36,310 nt of DNA from Folioceros fuciformis (GCA_049999805.1 JBNGIO010006317.1:1-36310), one strand, 5' to 3'; positions 1 to 11,320 are shown, counted from the stretch's first letter. The notes: generated by a model from the letters alone, not told the origin. Program-made: numbers and translations.

Positions 1-686
1 TCCATGGAGTAGGCTGTCCCGAGCACCAGGCTGACAGTCAGAGCCGATAATAATGGCTTGGATCCTACCAGCAGACCCCACGCCATGCTGACAGCAGCAA
101 AGCACACCACTATAGTAACCGCAGTAGCCCGATTGTATTCACCCGACGCCAGAGGAAGTGTTGGCTTGTTCACCTTGTCGATTTCCACATCGTAAATTTG
201 GTTCAATCCCACGATGTAGACATTCATGCACAGAGCGGGCACCAGTGCTTGGAACAAGCCGACAACGAAGCGCACGGAAAAATCCGAAGAATTCTGCACA
301 GCCAGCAGTGACACAGAAATCACACCAATTGCGGTGCCGATCACAGTGTGCGGCCGCGAGAAGCGATAGAAAGCGTCCAGCCAGTCCGCCTTCTCCAAGA
401 TGTTCGGCAAGGACCGGAGAGGAGAAGGCTCGTCCGCTCCCAAAGGCAATGTGGTGGCAGCAACGCACGAATCTCCTCCCTTGCCTTTCCCCCTCCTCCT
501 CCACGCCTGTGCTGGACGCCTGCTCTCGTCTAATGTCCACACCAAGGCCTTCCCTCCAAGCCCTGCTGCTGCTGCCAGCTCCGTCCGGAGCTCGCACGTC
601 CCTGAGAGAGCGCCACTGAAAATCTTGTCCCTGACATTCACAGGAGCCCTCCTTGCGGCGCTAGGGAATCTCACCAACAAAGCCAT
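1..686 (-). CDS. HPT1: Homogentisate phytyltransferase (HPT/VTE2-like, UbiA prenyltransferase family), 5' part; continues beyond the window's left edge
   Basis: Manual translation of the minus strand from ATG 686 gives an uninterrupted frame to base 1 (not in the ORF track because it has no stop in the window). It reads MALLVRFPSAARRAPVNV...(transit-peptide-like)...LDAFYRFSRPHTVIGTAIGVISVSLLAV...MNVYIVGLNQIYDVEIDKVNKPTLPLASGEY...VLGTAYSM. It contains the HPT-type FYRFSRPHT motif and the first Asp-rich NQxxDxxxD motif. An in-frame TAG lies just upstream of the ATG. Confidence 0.92.
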   Translation of the reverse strand, partial: MALLVRFPSAARRAPVNVRDKIFSGALSGTCELRTELAAAAGLGGKALVWTLDESRRPAQAWRRRGKGKGGDSCVAATTLPLGADEPSPLRSLPNILEKADWLDAFYRFSRPHTVIGTAIGVISVSLLAVQNSSDFSVRFVVGLFQALVPALCMNVYIVGLNQIYDVEIDKVNKPTLPLASGEYNRATAVTIVVCFAAVSMAWGLLVGSKPLLSALTVSLVLGTAYSM

Positions 687-1224
687 TGCGAGCGCAGCCC
701 GATGCTGCTAACCAGTCGTCGGAGCCGACGCTACAGCCTATTGAGCATGGAGGAGAATAAAGAGTTACGAAGCAACAGTCTGAAGCGACGAAGCCAGTAA
801 GTGGGGGCGACTTCCGTAACAGTGCCGGACAGAATTCCTACTAGGTCAAGTCCGGATAGCTGCACTTAGCCTGGAGAAAACGAGGCGCCTGAGTCTCCTG
901 ACCATGTGTCAACCCGACAATGATGAACAAGTGCTGTTCAATGACCAAAGCACGGGTCGGTGAACATGCGTACAATGTGAGCGAACTCTGCTCCGCGAAT
1001 TCTTGCATAGCCTCCAGCTCCATTCCCGGGACGCAGAAGATACCGTTCCCCAGCCCCTTAAATTAGAGCCCGTCAGGCCTCACGTGGAAAAAGACACTAC
1101 CATACCCGGTACTGTTCACCAACCCCTCCATACCAGGGTCTGGAGTCCTAGATTAGCTATAGAAAGGAAAACTACCAGGTTATGTCGGGAGGAGATACCG
1201 ACCAAAGCGAAGCGCACTGGTGTT

Positions 1225-4200
1225 CTATCTCGACCAACCAGTTGTTTCGCTAGTGCCAGGTGCCGCGGGCTCAATGTCCTCCCATCTGCTGCCTTGAGAC
1301 TTCGGGGGCTGGCTCCAGCCAGAATCGGAGTTGTCCTTGGATTTGCTCCCCCAGCTATCCACAGACTCCTTTGCTTTGTTTCCCCAAGAACTATTCGGTG
1401 TGCCACCCCATCCGCTGGTAGTATCTCTACTGTTCATGGGGGAGGCGGTCCAGCCACTGCTCCTAGTGGTAGCCTCCATATCCCAACCTGACCTGAATTG
1501 GCCGGTACTTTCTGCCGGTTGTTGCCAAGATCCAGCAGTCGCCACGTTACTGGCGGCTCGTCCTCGGTCAGGCCGGTCGTAAGTTGTCTTGTTTGAACCC
1601 CAACCACTGGAAGATACGGATCCAGGAGGAGGCCTGTTCCACATGCTTGATGAGTTTGGGGTGCCGTTGCTCCAACCACTTGGAGGCATGGAGGAGTTCC
1701 CAGGAGCTGGGCTTCGGGGAAGAACCATGGCAGCCAGTGCCCGTCTTGGAGGGGCTTCAGGCATAGGGTCGTTGTGGTGTTTCTGAAAGTAAGATACAAG
1801 CCGGTCAGGGCTCTCAAAAAACCTCTTCCGATACTTGAACCCTTTTGGACCGACTGATATGTACTCGTGGTGCGGAGAGACGCTGCGGATGTAAGTCAGC
1901 ATGAATGCCCCTGGATGATCAAATGCCACAGAAAAGCAGTAGGCGATTCTCATAGGATTCGTAGATTTCTCCATATGCAAGGCCTCATCCACTTCTGCTT
2001 TTGTCCCTTGTTTGAACTTCCTGTATCGATACATCTCTTTCAACAGGTTGCTGACAGGGTCGACGTATCTTGCTATGACCTACAAGCAAGGCGACGACAA
2101 ATCAGACAGCAACATTTTTTGGAAGGAAGCTTAAGTACCAACACGAGGACAACAGCCTCGCAATCCTCTCCCAAAGACGCAACCTCTTCCACACATTCTT
2201 ACCTCATCAAGATCCTCATACGTTTCGTCATTAATAGTGAGTATCTTGCCAAGTCGAAGAAAACTTGTTAGATCCCTCACCTCCTTGCCACTTTCCACAA
2301 TATCGATGTGTGTGTACACACCTTCGTAGAATTTAAGGGTCATTGACAAATGGCTGGGTCCTTTACTACTGGGTCGCACTATCACCTCCCCCACGTCTTT
2401 GCCCTTCAGAGCCTGCGGTGAAATAAAAACTACTTGAGACACGTGTCATGAACAAGACTTCTAACCTAGAAAGTAAATTAAGAAATGAAAAAGAGAGTTA
2501 CCTCCATTGCCGCAGCCATTGATATATTTTGGAAGTGAGGGTGCACAATCATCCGAGGCTTGACACCTTGGCTGCGCTTTTCTTCCTTCTTGGCCTTGAC
2601 CTTGTCTACCTGCAACTGCAACACGCTTGTATCCTCACGGTAATAGGGGTCTTCTGGGAATCGGGCATATCTCTGCTCATCCCTTAATTCACTACCTCTG
2701 CAAGTCAATTCTACAAGGAATTTCGCTTTGTTGACATCTTTGATTCTACAGGTAATTACACTTCCTTCAGAAACCTTTTCTGAAGGGTCCATGCATTTCT
2801 CGTCTGAAAGCTCTTCTTTCTGGATGATCCCCATCAGACCTGACTCCAGGTTACACAGCACTCGATTCTCCTGAACTTTTCTGACGGTGGCATGGGTTAG
2901 TCTCCCAACACCCAGACTATCTTCGCTCTCCCCTGTCAGCATGTCAAACACAGCATCTTCCGATGGTTTTGTATATGGCGCTCGCCATTCCCGATAGCCT
3001 TCAAGCAGCTCTGCAATAATCAGCTGCACAGTCTCCTGCTTCTTCCCAGGACCCTTGTCCCCCTTATCTTGCAAAGTTGACACAAACTTCTCCACGTCCA
3101 ACTTTGTTAATAAACTTGTATTCTCTTTCACACGCTCTATGGCCATTTCTGCTGTCAAATCTTCCTCGTCATCCCTGTCATTTCCATAATCCTCCGCACA
3201 GGCAAACTCTGCCAACCTCTTTGCAAGATCATAAGACTCAGGATGGATTCGAGTATCATCAAGCACATCCATAATTTGGCTGCCTGAAGCACCAAGGCCA
3301 ACTCCACGGACACGGATGAAGCCGGCAGCATTAATGAAGACATTTCTGCCGACAAGGTTGTAGGATGCAATCATCTCTTTTCTTGTATTTAGTCTTTGGC
3401 CACGGAAACATCGTTGGATATATGCTGCTTTACGTGGCCCAAGGCCAGAGACGAATTGTAGAGGTGCAAAGAGCCATTCATGCGACGATGCCATGTTGAT
3501 ATCCACACCGACTTGATTCGTGACTGTTATCATGACCTCCTCCAATGCCTCATAGACCTCATCATTCGAGAGATACTCCTGAAAAGGATGGAATCTTAGA
3601 GACAATATTTCCTTGCGCGGACCACACAAGGAAGCCACCATAGCTAGAGGATTCTGTAAGTATCGTCCCAGAGCCACTGCACGTCTTACTATGCCTGTGG
3701 AACAGAGAAACAACAAAACACGAGGTCCACAGCAGGTCAGCATTTGAGGCAAGGCGTCTGTAACTGTCCAGACCCACGGCCTGCAGTAATCTATACGAAC
3801 CTGGCTGCCCTGGTATCTGCTCCTCAGAAACTCGAGAATTTTCAAATAGAGATGGTAAAGCTTCATCTGCAAAAACATGGTCAATGATCTCGAGCCCTTC
3901 TGGCAGCTCTCGTGGATACTCTTCCAGTATTTTAAATATCACCTGCCAAAGAAAACAAGGAGCATTCAAAATCCCAGCCGCAAAAGAAGTGTGGAGGCAA
4001 GAAAGTAGAGACGAGGAAAACTTGAGATACCTCGGACACTATCTCCTCCTTCAAATTTCGGCAACAAAGTTTTGCTGCTCCTACGACAAGCACATGAGGC
4101 TTATGCACTTTCATGCACTCCAGCAGGTCTCGCTGATTTTTGGCCTTCTTCTTTTGCAAGTCAGAAGGGGCAGTTTGTGACCTTACATGCATGTGTGCAG

Positions 4201-7200
4201 TCTCAATCCTGTCTATCATCTCGCCTGCCATGTCCAGCATCACAAACGTGGTCGGAGGGTTCCCCGGACCCCAACAACAGGCCAAGACAGGTGCACCTTC
4301 AACCTCTAGATGATCCTCAGATTCCATCTTGGCTTGAAGATATGGAGCAACAGATACCTTCTTCCACAGTTCCAAGCCACATTGCAATGCCACCCACTGC
4401 TTAGCACGGGCAGCCAGAACCATCCTCATCTCCTTTTCCATAAATGGAATAAAATGTGAATGCAAGGCCTCTTTGAGTATGAGCTTTCGTTGTTCATTCC
4501 ATGCCTGCGCAGCTTTGCTTACACCATCACTTATATAGCACGATTCAAACTCATGCATAACCACAGTCTGAATGGCCTCTTCGGGCAAGCCCATCTTCAC
4601 AGTAAGCAGTTTTTCCTCTTCTGCTTTCTGAATCAAAAGCCACTGGCCATCGACAAAGGCACTGACTGGCTTATTGCACAACCACTTCACAGGCCCATAT
4701 TTATGAAAGGAGTCAATTGAAGAGTTGCCATCCACTGTGGGTCTCGTCGATACCACACATCGCTCATTGAACACATTTCTCACATATTCCCGACAAGCAG
4801 GCTCAGAGAAGATCTCCACAGCTACCTGGGTATTTCCATTCCACGTCATGCAAATAAATCGCATTTGCTATACTGAGACCAGTGCCAACCAAACCACCTG
4901 CACACCATCTAATCAAGTGCCCACTTACCATATGCCTTGCTCCTTTTAATGCTGACGCGGCATCACGAAACTGTGACACAGTTGAGCTCGCAGATTCTGC
5001 AGCCGCTTGTTCAGGGAAAAGTTGAGCATCCCCCATTTCATGTCTCTGCAGAGTCAAGCACAGTATGTCACATGCAGCAGATTCCCAAATCTTGTGACGA
5101 ATCACACTGTACATTGGGGCAACAAACAGGTGGCTAATCAGAAGAGCAACTGCAGAAAGCTCACCTTGTACATGGCCTGCAAGTTTTCTCCAAACTGCTC
5201 AGGGCTAAGCCCAAAGTACTTTGTGACATTGCCGAGTCTCGCTTTCCTGCAAACACTGTAGTATGAACGCCTTTTGGGTCGCTTGAACTGTCCCTGCTTT
5301 TCTTCAACTTCATCGGCAGGGAAATGCAAGTTGAACTTTGCATCCACGTCATCAACAGCAAGTTCTGATTGTGCTGCTTGTAGCTGCGTCAGTAACTTTG
5401 CTAGCAAATCATCCTTTGCCGTACCCATAAGCGTGTCACTCTGCACCCTTTTCTGGTATGCTGATCTCAGACTCGTTTTCCTCCGCCTTAACAACAGCCA
5501 TTTCTTATCCCACAGCTGGACAGCCCAGAGTGCCTTCACAGGTGCACACAGGTATAGAAAACATCAGCAACTTACTCGAAGTGTAGAAAAATAGCGACAT
5601 CAAAGGACAAAGGAATAGACAGAGGAGGGCACGCGGCAACACGGCAAAGCAACAAGGCATCATGAAAGCTCTACCTCAAGGCGCCGCAGCTTGGGCTTGT
5701 CATCACTATCCATATCATAGCTGTAACCCCTATCTCGTTCGTCCACATATTCCCGCAACAAATCAGGACAATGTTCTTGACGGTACATTGCGATAAAAGG
5801 AACCTAGCAAATCAAAATCCAGTTAAACACACAAGCGAGCCGTTCATCTAATTGCAGAGCTTCAAGTGAAGGTTTCCAGAACATACCTCCAAACGTTTCT
5901 CATGAAAGAGCTGAAGGACGTTCATTATTTGCCTGGTGACGTCTTGCTTGTCCAGTTTTGCCAGATGCTCAAACTCACGTCTGAGTGGCATCGCAAGTGC
6001 ACCAAATACTCTGTCATAAATCCATAAAGCTTCAGCTGCCGGGTCCTCACTGGCCTCTGGGAGCGGCCCCACAATCTCCTCCAAAAGCTGAGGTAAAGAG
6101 CCAATGTCAGAACCAACAACAAACTTACAACGTGCATACTACAGTGGATGAATCATACAGACTTGGATTCTTTCTGGTACATCTGTCTCCCGAATGACAT
6201 CATCCTTCTCTGTCATATATCGCTCAGCTAAGAGGCTTGGTTCAAATTGCTGCTCCAGCCTCAGCTTTCGATGTCTTCCAAAGCCATCGTCTCCACCCTC
6301 AATGTCTGCATCTTCGTTTTCACCCGCCATTATCTCACGCTGTCTATGATCATCCAACAGCACTGAGACATCCCCGAATATGTCCCGAGCTTCTTCAATC
6401 GCATAGGAGGATATTTCTCCACCCAACCTTGACTTTTTTTTCTTCACACTCTTCCTCCTGCAGAAGACCAAATCGAGAGTGACAATGAGATGCAGAGTCT
6501 ATGAAGACTACAGTAGATTTCTCATCATCGCCCAGGAATAGACTTCAGAGGCAGGTAATAGCAGCAACCCTGGTGGGCTTTAGGTCACCTGTATGGTTGC
6601 CCTTCTCCATCCATGTCCTCATCAACAATAAAATCTGCCATTTCATCATCCTCCGCTTCCTCCTCCTCCTCTTCCCGATCCTCTTCGGGTTCCTCTTCAA
6701 CAACATCTTCAGGGAGGCCTGCTGCATGAGACAGACCCCAATTGAAATGATCAACATGGACTGTCGGAATTACAGACAACCAGTCCATCATGCGCAAAAC
6801 CTACATCCAAATACATCAACATAATCGCAGTACCACGAACTTCGCACACCCTTACGAAGCCCTTACGACGCCCAACCCAAACAAAACAAGGAAACGAAAC
6901 AAAGGCAGCTGAAAGACCTTCATAGTCGCCAAACAGCCTGTGCTGGAGCTCCTCCTCAGCAGTTCTCCCTCTTCGTTCGCCAACATCGTCATCCGATAGT
7001 CCCTGATACGCAGCTCCGCCGTCCTCCCGCCCAGCTTTCCCTGCCTTCTTGAGCCTTTTGAACTTTTTGCTGCTATCCTTGGTAGGCCTGCGGAAGCCTT
7101 TGGCGTTGGCCTCCTCGAGCAAGTCGTAGTCCTCCTCATCCAACGCGTAATCATCTTGCGCATCCCACCGTTTCCGCCTTTTTTTCTCCTTCTTCTTCGG

Positions 7201-7465
7201 CTTGGCTTCTTCGTCGCTGTCCTCCTTGGGAGCCTCCTCCTCCTCCTCGTCTTCATCTACAATAAAATCATCCTTCTCGTACTCATCCTGCCCTTCCTCT
7301 GCACAAGAGGATGAGAATCAGCAACTCGGAACCCCAGCTTTAGCCGACACAAACACGTGACCAGGTCTGCAAACGCGGGAAAACCCCACCCTCCTCCTCG
7401 TCCTCCTCATCCTCCTCATCCTCCGCCTCATCGTCGTCGTACCGATCGCTCTCTGGGCCTGCCAT
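1225..7465 (-). CDS. SPT6L: Transcription elongation factor SPT6 / SPT6-like (GTB1), 13 exons, with C-terminal GW/WG-rich tail
   Basis: Exons with GT-AG borders and consistent phase: 7465-7390, 7298-6918, 6718-6589, 6457-6163, 6087-5887, 5803-5675, 5533-5165, 5045-4929, 4825-4031, 3942-3801, 3694-2502, 2412-2203, 2079-1225. Motifs: acidic N-terminus (DEYEKDDFIVDE), DVPERIQ, VPFIAMYR, YqgF-like domain (CCWGPGNPPTTFVMLD), HhH (LQFVSGLGPRKA), LDDTRIHPESY, S1 domain, tandem SH2 (IVRPSSKGPSHL) and a GW-rich tail ending at TAG 1227-1225. Confidence 0.95.
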
Positions 7466-7689
7466 GCCTTCCGCCCACAGCTCGCACCTCGGAGCACTCG
7501 ACGCCGGCTACAGCTACGGAGCACTATCACGGACTTGGGTCACCAATCCTACATTTCGGACACTTCGCAAGGTGGGTCGTCAAACAACGGGTGCAAGTCA
7601 TACCGAGCTATAAACAGAACCTAGCAAATAACATGCACTTGTTACTTCATGTCGTAGCGAATGCTTCCTCAACAAAAGTTCCCATATAT

Positions 7690-7763
7690 CCATATATCCA
7701 TACATATATACATACATACATATGTACATACATACATACATACATTTTGGTATGTATGTATGT
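7690..7763. repeat. (CATA)n microsatellite followed by inverted (TATG)n
   Basis: catacatacatacat...tttgg...tatgtatgtatgt is read directly from the sequence. Confidence 0.85.
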
Positions 7764-7800
7764 GATAAAAGCATCGCTTACACTGGATTGCCAGCTAGCG

Positions 7801-7938
7801 GGTTAGGGCTTCAATTTTTCAATTTTTTAAGGGTGCGCAATGATGGAATTAACGACTTCTTAGATGCTAAGGAGGTTAGGGCTTCAATTTTTAAGGTTGC
7901 GCAATGATAGAATTGACGGCTCCTTAGATGCTAAGGAG
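7801..7938. repeat. Degenerate tandem duplication (2 copies, ~65-70 bp)
   Basis: ggttagggcttcaattttt...aaggktgcgcaatgat...cttagatgctaaggag occurs at ~7801 and again at ~7874. Confidence 0.8.
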
Positions 7939-8308
7939 TTGTTAACGTACTCTGCCACCAAGTTCTAGCCAGTAGGAAGAACTGTGTCCCATGATGCACT
8001 CCTTGTGCAACACTTGGTTCTTTGGATCTGTACCTCCATGATAGCTTGTCTTAACTTCTCCTACCTAGAACAGTTTGGTGGTCCTTCACTCTTAGCTTGC
8101 ATCCCCTCCCCCTCCTAGCTTGCATCCCCTCCCCCTCCTGTTGATCCCTTAGCCCTCTCCTTGGTTGACTCCTTGTTACCCTGGTGCCTTTGGGAAGACT
8201 ACCTACTGCCTACTGCTACATGGCTCATCAAGTGAGTTTACCCACATACTCTTTTGAAATCTATTCTACGGCTTATCTTTTGGTTGGAGGAGATGCTCCT
8301 ATCTTAGT

Positions 8309-8485
8309 TTTTAGTTTTTGGGTGTTCTAACCAAGTGATTGCTTTGCTCTTGTCTTAGTTTTTGGGTGTTCTGACCAGGTGATTGCTTTGCTCTTGTCTC
8401 AGTTTTTGGGTGTTCTGACCAGGTGATTGCTTTGCTCTTGTCTTAGTTTTTGGGTGTTGGATTTTCTGACCAGGTGATTGCTTCT
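8309..8485. repeat. 44-bp minisatellite, ~4 copies
   Basis: The unit tcttagtttttgggtgttctgaccaggtgattgctttgctcttg recurs at ~8309, 8353, 8397 and 8441 (last copy interrupted). Confidence 0.9.
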
Positions 8486-8861
8486 CTAACCACTGAGATC
8501 TGTCCACTTGAAAATGTATTAGCAAATAACATGAACATGTTAGGACTTGGTTTTTGGTTTTTGGTTTTCACTGCTGCTTAGGTGCCATGGATCCAAAAAT
8601 CCATGCCAATGATGTCCCTTTTGGAGCTGATGAAGGGGGGATAGAGGGGCTACCCCACCAGTAGCTTGCCTTGAGTGTGTACAGTAAGCCAGGATGTCCA
8701 CTTGCTTGGTGTGCTTGGGACATTCCTGCTAATTGTTCTAATGTGATGCATTGATTCATGTATTGCTGATAACTTGATGATGAGCAAGAAAATTAATAAT
8801 GCTATGACAAGATCTCCGGGCTGAATTTTTGATATTGGGTGAGTGCCTGTAGCCACACCAA

Positions 8862-8943
8862 GCCCATGTTTGTAACTCCATGAATGTGAATTATAGCTTT
8901 ATGCCCATGTTTGTAACTCCATGAATGTGAATTATAGCTTTAT
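8862..8943. repeat. Perfect 41-bp tandem duplication
   Basis: gcccatgtttgtaactccatgaatgtgaattatagctttat occurs at 8862 and at 8903. Confidence 0.9.
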
Positions 8944-9226
8944 GAGTGCTCTCATACTTAGCACTCTACGTGATCCAAGGTCTCCCTCTCACCTCATACA
9001 TAAGCCAAGGTTAATGAGTGTGTGAGTCCTCATAAGAGGCAATTGGCAAGACACATACATACATGTGTATGCATATGCGCGTTACGGTTCCATTGAAATC
9101 AGCCGTCTCTTGTATGTATTGCTTGCACATTCTAAGAGTGAGTGGCCTATAATATGAAACGAAATCCGAAGCAACAAGGAGACGCGATCCGCGTTTGATT
9201 AGCCCGTCCACCGGTTGGAAAGCAGA

Positions 9227-10237
9227 ATGCGCGAGGTGAAGGAGGACGAGGCGACAGCGAGAGATCCGTGGAAGAATTTCTCGAGTTTTATTGCGGAAGC
9301 TGGAGGATGCGTGGTGGTGGACGGGGGCCTGGCAACGCAGCTGGAGCGGCACGGAGCCGATATAAACGACCCGCTATGGAGCGCGCTGTGCTTGCTCACA
9401 ATGCCGGATCTGGTGCGCAAAGTGCACCTGGAGTACCTTGAAGCGGGCGCGCAGGTGCTGGTGACGGCGTCCTATCAGGCCACAGTGCAGGGTTTCCTGG
9501 CCAAGGGCTTGGAGCAGGAGGAGGCGGAATGCATGCTGCGCAGGAGCGTGACGCTGGCCCAAGGCGCCAGAGACGAGTTCTGGGAGCGCCACCGGCAGGA
9601 TGGAGGAGCAGTGAGGTGCCGGCGGGCGCTGGTGGCCGCCTCCGTGGGGAGCTATGGCGCATTCCTGGCCGACGGCTCGGAGTATACCGGGGACTACGGG
9701 CCCGGGATGACGGCGGAGAAGCTTAAGGAGTTCCACCGCCGCCGGCTGCAGGTGCTGGTGGAAGCGGGGCCGGATCTGCTGGCCCTGGAGACGATCCCGT
9801 CTAGGGTTGAGGCGCGCGCGCTGGTGGAGCTCCTGGAGGAGGAGGATGTCGGAGTGCCGGCCTGGATGTGCTTTAACTCCAAGGACGGCGTGCATGTGCC
9901 GAGCGGGGACTTGTTTGCGGAGTGTGTGGCCGTGGCTGCCGGGAGCGGGAAGGTGGTGGCGGTCGGGACCAACTGTACGCCTCCGAGGTATGTGCTCGGC
10001 CTGATCCAGACCGCGAGGAAGGTGACCGCGAAGCCCATTGTGGTGTATCCGAACAGCGGGGAGTCGTGGGACGGGGTGATAAAGCAGTGGGTGCCGTATA
10101 CGGGGGTTTCTGACACCGGATTTGTGTCGTTCGTGGATCGGTGGAAGGAGGCCGGTGCTTCCTTGATCGGAGGCTGCTGCCGGACCACCCCGGGGACTGT
10201 GAGAGCCATTCTTGATGCCGTACAGTGCGGTGATTAG
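9227..10237 (+). CDS. HMT: Homocysteine S-methyltransferase (plant HMT type), single exon
   Basis: Uninterrupted ORF from the first ATG at 9227. Motifs: VVDGGLATQLERHGADINDPLWSA, TASYQAT, AASVGSYGAFLADGSEY, LALETIP, the GTNC zinc ligand, VYPNSGE and the C-terminal zinc-binding IGGCCRTTP. Confidence 0.95.
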   Translation: MREVKEDEATARDPWKNFSSFIAEAGGCVVVDGGLATQLERHGADINDPLWSALCLLTMPDLVRKVHLEYLEAGAQVLVTASYQATVQGFLAKGLEQEEAECMLRRSVTLAQGARDEFWERHRQDGGAVRCRRALVAASVGSYGAFLADGSEYTGDYGPGMTAEKLKEFHRRRLQVLVEAGPDLLALETIPSRVEARALVELLEEEDVGVPAWMCFNSKDGVHVPSGDLFAECVAVAAGSGKVVAVGTNCTPPRYVLGLIQTARKVTAKPIVVYPNSGESWDGVIKQWVPYTGVSDTGFVSFVDRWKEAGASLIGGCCRTTPGTVRAILDAVQCGD

Positions 10238-10754
10238 GGTTTTTTGGTGTGCTGGAGATGGTCATGTCTTGTCGTCACTCCAGCTACGGAGGGATGCAGG
10301 GATGATGGATGCGGAGTTCAGGCTCCTGGTGAAGTGCTGAAAATGGTGCAGCCTGCGGAACCAAGATTGGTGTTCGTCCTGCCTGTGTGTCCATGCCATA
10401 TGTTTGCTCTCGGAGAGTCGGAGTAGCGTTTTGATTAGAATGCTTTGTGTGATGTGATTATTTTTGGTTTAGTGAATTCATCTCTTGGTCTCGCAAGTCC
10501 CCAGAGTTGGGGGGTTTGCGGTAATGGATACCGATTACTGTTTTTGGTGTTAGGTCACACTCCATACTGGCCAGGGCTTTCGGTGGCTTTCTTTCCTGCA
10601 ACAATGGCTCCGTTTGCAGCGGAGAGGGGGTCTGTGGACGGGACGATGAGAGGTCATACAACCGAATTCAAGCGAACACCCTCCACCTCTCTTCACAGAA
10701 ACAGGTTCTGATCATCATGTGCTTGGCAACTCTTCCTGGTGTCTGCGCCACCGC

Positions 10755-11320
10755 ATGGAGTCGTACAAGACGCAGCTCCATCGACAGGTTCTTCTAGAAG
10801 GTGTTCACCACACATGCATCGCCTGCCGTTTCTGGAATGCCTTGCCCTCACACAACTTTGCCTTATACCGGCCATCTACCAGGTTATCATACTTTGATGC
10901 GCCGCATATAGACTTTGTTGGCGCTGGCTTGGCCATTAAACTGTGTCCTGGGTTTCCATTATCTTTGCAGGATCCATGACCCTTTCCACAGCACATCTTT
11001 CCTTCCACGCAACCGGCCGCAGAGGCGGCCCATCACCCACCATGTCGCACGGAGACATCAAGGCCACCTGCGACCTAGTCGCCATGCACGCCCTGCTTCC
11101 AGGATGGCAACGGCTCTGGTATCTCCCCGTCAACACGACACCAGGTGACCGTGAGTCCACGTACATCTGTTGTTCGGGACACCTCACCGTCCTTTGTCAC
11201 CTTGGTTGGCAGACGCCTGACAATGGCGGTTGGGTGACCCGGACCTTCTACGTGCTTCCTTCCCAGTCTTTCAACAGGTGTAATTTGTACGCATATTGGC
11301 AACGTCTGGTGTTGGATTAG
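10755..11320 (+). pseudogene. Possible degenerate F-box gene remnant
   Basis: WSR..SSIDR (one frame) joins VLLEGVHHTCIACRFWNALPSHNF (another frame), resembling the F-box consensus W..L...I.RVL..L......C..C+.WN.L....F. A downstream segment GWQRLWYLP...YICCSG is in a separate ORF. The similarity is weak and judged by eye. Confidence 0.3.

Larger units (their letters stand above)
7940..9053. mobile_element. Possible degenerate TE/LTR-derived island between SPT6L and HMT
   Basis: Non-coding stretch with several internal tandem repeats and TG...CA-type candidate ends (TGTTAAC at 7940, AATAACA ~8531, TGTTAGG 8538, AAGACA ~9053). No target-site duplication or coding domain was found. Confidence 0.3.

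Noticed and set aside
139..711. ORF-track ORFs 139..597(-), 158..619(+), 400..711(+)
   Set aside because: They are shadow frames of the real HPT frame (686 to 1, minus strand).
8309..8485. Regularly spaced repeats resembling a CRISPR array
   Set aside because: The units are head-to-tail with no unique spacers, the context is eukaryotic, and there are no cas genes. It is a minisatellite.
9227..10237. Bacterial horizontal transfer origin for the GC-rich intronless HMT
   Set aside because: The protein follows plant HMT motifs and length closely, so retroposition or intron loss is more parsimonious. A phylogeny would settle it.
9374..10265. Several long antisense ORFs over HMT, and 31566..32328(+) over DUF179
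   Set aside because: Expected by-products of high GC3 coding sequence; they carry no recognisable motifs.
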